Source: Candidatus Fraserbacteria bacterium
Lineage (GTDB): Bacteria > Bipolaricaulota > Bipolaricaulia > RBG-16-55-9 > JANLFV01
Direction: 5' to 3'
NCBI GenBank assembly: GCA_037446135.1
Contig: JBBIJD010000043.1
Location: 1 to 14,504 of the forward strand
DNA: 14,504 bases
The notes under the pieces are model-generated. The model had not been told where the DNA came from and made no database searches. It worked only from the letters and a program-made list of their open reading frames with translations. A program made the translations under genes and the position numbers. Position 1 is the first letter of the stretch; the number at the start of each line of letters is the position of its first letter. Shown piece after piece: positions 7,812 through 14,504 of this stretch.

Positions 7812-8763
7812 AGAGCCAGCACTTCACCTTCCGTCCGTTCAGCTCGAACAACGGCGGCTCCTCATCGCACCGCGCGAACCGCGAAGGGCAGCGGGGGGCG
7901 AACCGGCAACCCTTAGGGGGATTGATCAGGCTCGGCGGCTGACCCGGGATAAACTCTAGTTCCTTATCCTCGCGGAGTGTCGGGACACTGGCCATCAGCT
8001 TCCGTGAGTAAGGATGGAGCGGCTCGAGGTAGAACTCACCTGCCTTCCCGACCTCCATCACCTGCCCGGCATACATGACGATCGCGTCATCGGCTAGCTC
8101 GCTTGAAGTGGCGATGTCATGGGTGATGAGGATGAAGCTCGCCTCGAGCTTCTGCTTCAGCCCTTTCAGCACATTCATGATGTTCGCCTGGGTCAGGACA
8201 TCGAGTGCCGAGGTCGGCTCATCGAGGATGACCAGGGCGGGGTTCGTCACCAGGGCCATAGCGATCGCCACCCGCTGGCGCATCCCCCCGGAGAGCTCGA
8301 AGGCATACCGTGTGAGGAAGTCGACCGGCACACCGACGATCTCACAGGCCGCCCGCGCTCGCTCCCAGGCCTCCTTTTTGCTCTTCACCAGGCGGTGGAC
8401 CAGCAGCGGCTCCGCGACCTGGTCCCCCACCCTGATCACGGGGTTGAGGGAGTTCATCGCTGCCTGAGGGACGAGGGCCAGCTTGACCCAGCGGACCTCC
8501 CGGCGAAAGGCCTCCTCACTCAGCTTCATCACATCGATCCCATCCAGGAAGACCTGGCCAGTATAGGTATCAATATTCCGCGGGAGGAGGCGGAGGATCG
8601 CCCTTGCCAGCGAGGTCTTCCCGCAACCCGACTCGCCGACGATCACGACCGCCCGGTTCCAGTGGTGCTCGAAGCTCACCTTGTCCACCGCCTGGAGGAC
8701 ACCTTTAGTGGTCCGGAAGTATAAGTTTAGATCCTTAACCCGCAGGAGTTCCTCATCCTTCAT
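7804..8763 (-). CDS. Oligopeptide ABC transporter ATP-binding subunit (OppD/DppD-like)
   Basis: GESGCGKT, MNSLNPV, LSGGMRQR, ILDEPTSALDV, ITHD, and C-terminal CRFAPRC..C..C. Confidence 0.95.
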   Translation of the reverse strand: MKDEELLRVKDLNLYFRTTKGVLQAVDKVSFEHHWNRAVVIVGESGCGKTSLARAILRLLPRNIDTYTGQVFLDGIDVMKLSEEAFRREVRWVKLALVPQAAMNSLNPVIRVGDQVAEPLLVHRLVKSKKEAWERARAACEIVGVPVDFLTRYAFELSGGMRQRVAIAMALVTNPALVILDEPTSALDVLTQANIMNVLKGLKQKLEASFILITHDIATSSELADDAIVMYAGQVMEVGKAGEFYLEPLHPYSRKLMASVPTLREDKELEFIPGQPPSLINPPKGCRFAPRCPSRFARCDEEPPLFELNGRKVKCWLYA

Positions 8764-8769
8764 CTGTTT

Positions 8770-10110
8770 CTATATCTGCCTCAGCTTCGGATTGAAGACC
8801 CGGTCGAGGGCGAACCCGACCATCGCGAACCCAAGGCCGGTCACCATCAGGAGGAGCGAGGGCTCGAGGACCCAATAGTAGTGGCCCAGGTAGAGCGCCC
8901 CATTCACTTCGGCATCCTGGATCACCTTCCCCCAGGTCGGGAGGATCGGGTCTCCCAACCCGAGGACCGCGAGCGAGGCCTCGAGGAAGACATACCCGGG
9001 GATGAGCATGACGAACTGCGGGATCAGGGTCGGGACCGCTTTCGGGACCATATAGCGGAGGACGATCCGCAGGTTCCGAGCCCCGTAGGCCCTTGCCGCC
9101 TCGAGGTAAGGGGCCTGCTTGATCTGGAGGAACATCGCCCGATAGGTCTTGATCCCCGCACCGAAGATGCTCAGGATGATCACCATCCCCAGCATGAGCC
9201 AGACGCTCCGGGAATAGAGCGTCCCGACGAGGATCAGGATCGGCAGCATCGGGAGGATCATGTTCACCTCGGTGATCCGCTGGATGGCGGCATCGACCCA
9301 ACCGCCGAACCAGACCCCCGCCGCGGCGATGAACAGGGTGAGGACCGTCGTTCCGAGGGCCGCCAAGATCCCGAAGGCTAGCGCTACCGGAGTTCCCCAG
9401 AGCATCGCGAGCATTAGGTCCCGCCGGAGATGGTCAGTCCCTGCCAGCCCATAGACCTGGCCGTAGACGACGAGCTTGGCCTCGAAGTCTGCCCCCTCCT
9501 CAAATAAGTAGCCGTCGATAACCAGCTCATACCGCCCCTTGAAGGGGACCGGCTTCTCGGCCAACGGGTCCGTGAAGAGCCCGACCTGGGGGGGCTGGCC
9601 CCCGAGCTTCTTCGTGAGTTGGGCATCAAGCGAGATATAATAGTAGTCACTGGCCTTTATCCCCCGATCGCTCAGGGGGACCTTCCGCCCGTCGGGCGTG
9701 ATCCAAGAGATGGAGAGGTGTGGCTGCCGCTCCTTATACTTCGCCTCGAAGAAGAGGTTCAGCTCCTTGGGGAAGCCGTCATAGCTATAATCGAACGGCA
9801 GTGAGATCCTCACCTTCCTCACCCCTCCTTGGAGGGGCTCGAGGCTCTTTTCTCCTCCGTTGCGGCTGCTCACGATGATCGTCTTGGGGAGGTTCGTGCC
9901 GGGGAAGAGGTTCACCCAGCTCGGCATGGCATTCTTGGGGTTCTCCAGCCAGATCCCCTCCCCGCCCCGCCAGAGCTGAATTACCTTGCTGTAAGGGATA
10001 GCGAAGACGGTGTAGATGGCAATAAGCACAAGGATAGCGATCAATATTAACCCGACGACGGCTGATTTATACCGCGAGACCTCCTTTAACGCTTCCAGTA
10101 TGGCCCTCAT
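8770..10110 (-). CDS. Peptide ABC transporter permease (OppC/DppC-like) with a large extracytoplasmic insertion
   Basis: GTDHLRRDL, EAARAYGA EAA loop, EASLAVLGLGDP..PTWG, FNPKLR. True start taken as ATG 10110 (ATGA overlap with the permease B1 stop), not the 10323 start of the ORF track. Confidence 0.93.
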   Translation of the reverse strand: MRAILEALKEVSRYKSAVVGLILIAILVLIAIYTVFAIPYSKVIQLWRGGEGIWLENPKNAMPSWVNLFPGTNLPKTIIVSSRNGGEKSLEPLQGGVRKVRISLPFDYSYDGFPKELNLFFEAKYKERQPHLSISWITPDGRKVPLSDRGIKASDYYYISLDAQLTKKLGGQPPQVGLFTDPLAEKPVPFKGRYELVIDGYLFEEGADFEAKLVVYGQVYGLAGTDHLRRDLMLAMLWGTPVALAFGILAALGTTVLTLFIAAAGVWFGGWVDAAIQRITEVNMILPMLPILILVGTLYSRSVWLMLGMVIILSIFGAGIKTYRAMFLQIKQAPYLEAARAYGARNLRIVLRYMVPKAVPTLIPQFVMLIPGYVFLEASLAVLGLGDPILPTWGKVIQDAEVNGALYLGHYYWVLEPSLLLMVTGLGFAMVGFALDRVFNPKLRQI

Positions 10111-11255
10111 AGTCTCAGCTTCCCTTCTCCACCGACTCTCACCCGCGGGTCGATTATTGCATAGATGATATCCAGGAGTAGGACTGTGATCGCCAAGAGG
10201 TAGGCATAGAGGACGACCGAGGCCACGATCACCGGGGTGTCGAAACTCCCGATCGCCTCGTAGAGGAGCCTTCCTAACCCCGGCCAGACGAAGATCGTCT
10301 CGGTAATGATCCCGCCCATCCACATGGCGATGAGCATTAGTGCGAAGCTGGTGATGATCGTGGGGAGGGTCGGCCTCAAGATATAACGTCGCTCGATCGC
10401 CCCTGAGGGGAGCCCCTTAGCCTTGGCCATCTCCACATAATCCTCACTGGAGAAGATCAAGAAGAAGGTCCGCCAGTTGTAAATGGTAATGAAGATCGAG
10501 GCGAGGATAACGGCGAGCACTGGCAGAGCCAGATGTTTGAAGACGCTCAGGGTATACCCGAGAGTGGTCCGCGGCGGCGGGGCATCGACGATGCCCCCGT
10601 AAGGGAGGATGCGGAGGACCGAGGCAAAGATCAGGATGAGGATAATCCCATAGAACCATGGTGGGGCAGCCGAGGTCGGGGCGAGGGCGATCACCGTTCG
10701 GTCGAGGAAGCTCCCATAGCGGCGGGAGAGGTAGAGTGCGAAGAGGACCGAGGCGAAGAATAAGAAGAGGTCGGCCAGCCCCCAGAGCAAGAGAGTGGCC
10801 GGGAGGCGCTCGAGCAGGATCAGCCGGACCTGCCGCGAGCCGCTGTCGCTCGTCAGGTGCTCGGACCGGCCTAGGCTGAGCGAGAGGGCAGCGGTGAGGT
10901 ATTTGAAGCTCCGGAGGATAAAGGGCTTATCCAGCCCTAACCGCTTGATCTCCAGTTCCACCTGCTCTTCCACATACTTCTTGATCTCGCTCGCCGGGCG
11001 CCCCTGCAATGCCGGATTGGCCAGGACCGAGGCCCCCACCTGCTCCCTGATCTCGCCGATCTTGATCTGATCCACATAGCCGCCCATGTTGGCGATGAGG
11101 ATCGTCAGATAAACTCCAATGACAGCGGCGAGGAAGAGGGCGATCCCCCGAGTGGAGACATACTTCACCAAACGGCCGAGCGTCTCTAAGGCCACACTCC
11201 GTTTGGCTACACTAAGCCGCTGTTTCCCAGGCAGGGCGGTCGTCGATTCAGCCAT
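10107..11255 (-). CDS. Peptide/nickel ABC transporter permease (OppB/DppB-like), paralogue B1
   Basis: Same motifs as B2 (EDYVEMAKAKGL, ETIFVWPGLG, DPRV). Canonical position after the binding protein, with an ATGA stop/start overlap into permease C. Confidence 0.95.
   Translation of the reverse strand: MAESTTALPGKQRLSVAKRSVALETLGRLVKYVSTRGIALFLAAVIGVYLTILIANMGGYVDQIKIGEIREQVGASVLANPALQGRPASEIKKYVEEQVELEIKRLGLDKPFILRSFKYLTAALSLSLGRSEHLTSDSGSRQVRLILLERLPATLLLWGLADLFLFFASVLFALYLSRRYGSFLDRTVIALAPTSAAPPWFYGIILILIFASVLRILPYGGIVDAPPPRTTLGYTLSVFKHLALPVLAVILASIFITIYNWRTFFLIFSSEDYVEMAKAKGLPSGAIERRYILRPTLPTIITSFALMLIAMWMGGIITETIFVWPGLGRLLYEAIGSFDTPVIVASVVLYAYLLAITVLLLDIIYAIIDPRVRVGGEGKLRL
10795..11142. 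repeat. 348-bp identical direct repeat, copy in permease B1
   Basis: Identical to 6031-6378. Confidence 0.9.
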
Positions 11256-11273
11256 CGCTTAATCCTCGGCCTT

Positions 11274-11304
11274 ATTATACAAACGGGGGCGAAAAAGAAG
11301 ACAA
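11274..11304 (-). promoter_or_regulatory. Possible internal promoter for the permease/ATPase genes
   Basis: Perfect TATAAT on - at 11274-11279 and TTGTCT at 11299-11304 (19-bp spacer, suboptimal), just downstream of the terminator hairpin. Confidence 0.4.
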
Positions 11305-11342
11305 GGGGTCGCGAGAGGAGGAAAAACCCTCTCGCGACCCCT
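11293..11342 (-). terminator. Intrinsic terminator / mRNA-stabilising hairpin after the binding-protein gene
   Basis: Perfect 15-bp stem AGGGGTCGCGAGAGG (11304-11318) / CCTCTCGCGACCCCT (11328-11342), 9-nt loop, followed on - by TGTCTTCTTTTT. Confidence 0.85.
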
Positions 11343-11354
11343 GCTTTTCCTCCC

Positions 11355-13832
11355 TTATGGGGTCGTGACGAACCCGAGGCTCCCGAAGCCAGGGATGCTC
11401 ACGACCTTCGAGACGACGACCACCTCGAGCCGGTTCGGACCGGGGACGAGTTTCGCGGTATCCGCTGAAGAGAGTGAGACGACCAACAGTCCGTCACGGA
11501 CCGGCTCGGCCGGGCCGACGAGGGCCAGCTTACCCGTAGCATCGATGACGAGATACTTAGCGAAGTCTATTTCAGCTAGAGGATAGGGCTGGTCCTCGAA
11601 GGTCACATTGATCAAGAAGTCCGCGACTCCACCGATCTTGACCTCTCCCGGGCCGGTGACCTCGACCGCGGCGATCTTCGGCTTCCCGAACTCGAGCCAC
11701 TTGATCCGGTTCCCTTCCGAGGGGTCGATGAAGGCCGTGTTCTGCTTCAGGACCACGATCTTCTCCACAGGCCGGACTTCCTCAAGATAGGACGGCCCCT
11801 GGGAGACGAAGAAGTGGCCCTTCGCCTGATACCAGGCCTTCAGCGCCTGATACTGCGCCACTGCCTGATCGGGGGTTATGAACTCCCCGAGGGTATTGGC
11901 GTAGGGGATGTATTTGTCAGCGATCGCCTGATCCAGGTATTTCTCGAGGATCGGGAGGCTCGGCCCGGCGATGTAGTTCATCCACTCTTTCCCGAGCTTG
12001 TCCGCCTTATCGCTGGTGAAGGTCAACTCCTGGTTCGCCTCGGCGAGGATCCCCAGCGCTAGGGCATGCATCGACCCAGGGCCGTAGCTATAGTATGGCT
12101 CGAGGACCCCGGCATAGGCCAAGGTCTCGGCGTCCAGGTAGGTGAGGTCGGTGTAGTATTCGGTGATAAGCGGGTCCTTCTGCACAATCCGGAAGCCCTT
12201 GTAGTATTGCTGGAACTGCTCGAAGTCCGGGACTACGACCTCATCGTAGATCGCGCTATCGGGGTTCGCCCGGTCGAAGGTGAGGATGAGGGGCAAGACG
12301 ATGTCCGCGAGCGAGAGGTTCACCCCGTCATGCCACTTCATCTGGTAGAGCTCTGGGGCGTAGTGGACCACGACCTTAGCGTTAGCGGTCAGCCCCTCGG
12401 GATACTTCTGGCCGACGGTGATGAACTTCTGGGCCTTGACATCCCAGTCGATCCAGGCGCCAGCCGGGACCTTGATCTCCGGCTCAAACTTCAGGTCCAC
12501 CCAGTCGAGGCTCTTGAAGACCGGGAGCCCTTCCTTGACATAGACCTCGGCCTTCTCGACCCGCTGCGGCAGAAAGAGCCCGGTGAACGGGCTCGGCTGG
12601 CACATGGTCTCGGACATGCCGCGCATGATCATCATGTCATAGACCCAGTTTGTGCCGCCGAGCGGGTTCCACGGCTCAGGGAGGATGCTGGGCATGGCGA
12701 TCCGCATCGTCCCGCCTGCAGGCTGATCGGTGAACCGGATGGTGAAGCCCCAGATCCAAGAGCCATAGACCCCGCCGGCCAGGTCGGCCCCAACAGCCAC
12801 ATTCGCCCGCCGCGGGGTGATGCTGACGCGGTTGGCGAGCCAGACCCGGACGGAGTCCTTCATCGAGAGCTCGAGGGCCTGGGCGAAGAGCTCTCGCCGC
12901 TCGTCCATGGTCTTGTAGTCATTCCGGGCCAGCCGCTCCGCGACCGCGTCGAACTCCGGATCGGGGGTGTAGGCCGCCCAGAGCGGGTAAGGGAGCCCTC
13001 TTGGAGTATAGAAGAAGTCGAAGTTGCCCCCCTGGTCCCGGTCAATTAAAGTGGTGACCCAACCGCCGGTGTAGATATGGAAGCAACCGGTGGCCGGATC
13101 GGACCGGATCCAGCAGGCTGAGGCCTCTCTTGCGGTCTTATACTGCCGGTCGACGGTGAAGCCGATATCCTCGAGCAAAGTCGCGATGTAGTCGCCCATC
13201 TGGCGCCGCTCGTCCTCGACGCGGATGAGGAAGATGATCGTCACCGGCTGCCCGCCGTAATACCACTTCCCATCCTGAAGGACCGCGCCGGCATTTGTCA
13301 TCTCCTCAGTGATGACGGCCTTGGCCTTCTCCTTGTCATAGCCGTATTGGAGCTCGAGGGCCCGGGCTATATCGGCATACCGGGCATAGTCGGGGAAGGC
13401 CGGGGTGATGGCGAACCAGCGCGGGACTCCCAAGCCGCCCATGATCTCGTTGACGATATAGTTGCGGTCGATCAGCCAGTTCATCGCCTCGCGGATCCTG
13501 GGGAAGTGGAAGGGGTTGAACGCCCCAGTTCCGGGGAAGGTCGGCCCGACGGGGTTGAAGGTCAGCTCGTTGTATGAGCCGTAGGAGGTCTCATACCCCA
13601 GCGCGGGCGACTCCTTGATCTTCTTGAAGATCTCGGGCTCAGAGATCCCGAAGGCGTAGAGGTCGAGCTGGTTGGCATTGAGCATATCGACCGCTTGGGC
13701 TCGATCGACCACCTCGGTGAAGACTATCTCATCCACCCAGGCCCCGGTGCGCGCCTGCTGGGTCAGGGCGCTGCCCACCGAGAGCGCCAGCAATACTGCC
13801 ACTAGACTAACCGCAATCAGTAACTTTTTCAT
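11355..13832 (-). CDS. Large family-5-like ABC transporter substrate-binding protein (825 aa)
   Basis: Signal peptide MKKLLIAVSLVAVLLAL..., IREAMNWLIDR motif, and strong SD (GAGGAGG/AAGGAG). First gene of the Opp-type operon; beta-rich C-terminal extension. Confidence 0.9.
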   Translation of the reverse strand: MKKLLIAVSLVAVLLALSVGSALTQQARTGAWVDEIVFTEVVDRAQAVDMLNANQLDLYAFGISEPEIFKKIKESPALGYETSYGSYNELTFNPVGPTFPGTGAFNPFHFPRIREAMNWLIDRNYIVNEIMGGLGVPRWFAITPAFPDYARYADIARALELQYGYDKEKAKAVITEEMTNAGAVLQDGKWYYGGQPVTIIFLIRVEDERRQMGDYIATLLEDIGFTVDRQYKTAREASACWIRSDPATGCFHIYTGGWVTTLIDRDQGGNFDFFYTPRGLPYPLWAAYTPDPEFDAVAERLARNDYKTMDERRELFAQALELSMKDSVRVWLANRVSITPRRANVAVGADLAGGVYGSWIWGFTIRFTDQPAGGTMRIAMPSILPEPWNPLGGTNWVYDMMIMRGMSETMCQPSPFTGLFLPQRVEKAEVYVKEGLPVFKSLDWVDLKFEPEIKVPAGAWIDWDVKAQKFITVGQKYPEGLTANAKVVVHYAPELYQMKWHDGVNLSLADIVLPLILTFDRANPDSAIYDEVVVPDFEQFQQYYKGFRIVQKDPLITEYYTDLTYLDAETLAYAGVLEPYYSYGPGSMHALALGILAEANQELTFTSDKADKLGKEWMNYIAGPSLPILEKYLDQAIADKYIPYANTLGEFITPDQAVAQYQALKAWYQAKGHFFVSQGPSYLEEVRPVEKIVVLKQNTAFIDPSEGNRIKWLEFGKPKIAAVEVTGPGEVKIGGVADFLINVTFEDQPYPLAEIDFAKYLVIDATGKLALVGPAEPVRDGLLVVSLSSADTAKLVPGPNRLEVVVVSKVVSIPGFGSLGFVTTP

Positions 13833-13920
13833 CCTGTCTCCTTACCTCCTCTTTATTACACATTGGTCTTGACGCTCAGCCTCTTATACTGCGCCTCTTT
13901 CTCACCTCCCTCTGCACTCG

Positions 13921-14328
13921 CTACTTGCATCCCTCAGGGAGCTGCTGGGAATCGACCTTGAAGCCGAAGACGAACTTGACCCCAGACTCGGGCTTGAAGG
14001 TGCAGATAAGAACACCTCCCGGCATAAGCTCCCCTTTGAGCCATACCCTCCAGTAGCTACCACCGCCCTCGATCTTGCAGACCCGGCCGTCCCCAATAGG
14101 TGTGCAATCAAGAAGTTCCACCGATCTTTCAAACCCCAGGCCGAACTTGTTCAGGCCGGAGTCCGTATTGCGGACTATTACGGCATAGCAATCCTTGCCA
14201 CAGCCTCCCGGGACGACCCTATAATCTGTTAAGCGGCCCGCATAAATGGTCGATGACGCCCCGACCGCGCTGAGCAGGATCAGCACCGCTAAGGCTCCTA
14301 ACGCTAGGAATACTGTCTTTCTTCGCAT
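13921..14328 (-). CDS. Hypothetical secreted protein with six cysteines
   Basis: GGAGG SD 5 nt before ATG, basic-hydrophobic signal peptide ending AVGA, 135 aa, no family recognised. Confidence 0.75.
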   Translation of the reverse strand: MRRKTVFLALGALAVLILLSAVGASSTIYAGRLTDYRVVPGGCGKDCYAVIVRNTDSGLNKFGLGFERSVELLDCTPIGDGRVCKIEGGGSYWRVWLKGELMPGGVLICTFKPESGVKFVFGFKVDSQQLPEGCK

Positions 14329-14449
14329 CCAAGCCTCCTTCCTCTAACCTTAAGGGTTATTCCTCAAGATCTTAATGCGGCCAGCTCCCACCTCCTTCTC
14401 CTTGATACCGGAGATTATAGGACAGATTCCTATTCCCCGTGTGATCTTT

Positions 14450-14480
14450 ATTATAGCACAAGGTCCCCCGGGGTTGACAA
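14450..14480 (-). promoter_or_regulatory. Extended -10 promoter for the secreted protein (and possibly the ABC operon)
   Basis: On -: TTGTCA (14475-14480), 19 bp, TATAAT (14450-14455) in TGCTATAAT (TGn extended -10) context. A second TATAAT lies at 14414-14419. Confidence 0.6.
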
Positions 14481-14504
14481 GTCTCATCGCGGCCAGGGCG
14501 ACGA

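Noticed and set aside
6768..8763. Four-Cys C-terminal motifs of both ATPases as a novelty
   Set aside because: This is the known oligopeptide-ATPase C-terminal domain, which binds an Fe-S cluster in characterised DppD.
10111..10323. 71-aa N-terminal extension of permease C in the ORF track
   Set aside because: It is an alternative frame inside permease B1; the ATGA overlap at 10107-10110 gives the natural start.
5343..11255. Diversity-generating retroelement TR/VR pair
   Set aside because: Mismatches between the copies are not adenine-specific, both copies are full genes, and no reverse transcriptase is present.
12066..13049. Long antisense ORFs (also 6855-7625, 8119-8724, 2376-2963 and others)
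   Set aside because: Shadow ORFs expected opposite high-GC3 genes; no motifs or RBS.
14474..14504. + strand TTGACA as a rightward promoter
   Set aside because: No -10-like hexamer 16-18 bp downstream; it is better read as the - strand TTGTCA.

Overview
GC-rich bacterial chromosomal segment; no mobile element, CRISPR array or complete tRNA/rRNA is seen. Left to right it carries: an alanine-racemase-family gene (-) with atypical entryway residues; a tightly packed (+) cluster pyrB-pyrI-thpR-archease-rtcB that joins aspartate carbamoyltransferase to a three-gene RNA end-processing/ligation module; a convergent (-) Opp/Dpp-family ABC importer operon (825-aa binding protein, permease B1, permease C, two ATPases, a 68-aa membrane protein and a second paralogous permease B2); and a secreted six-Cys hypothetical protein. 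The most notable signals are (1) the pyrBI/ThpR/archease/RtcB linkage, with a terminator-like hairpin inside the last codons of thpR, (2) two permease-B paralogues that share a 348-bp identical block but differ in transmembrane helices, (3) an AT3-rich codon patch starting at the known RtcB intein insertion site, and (4) an orphan promoter firing into a long hairpin at the left edge. Everything was read by eye; no database search or folding program was run.
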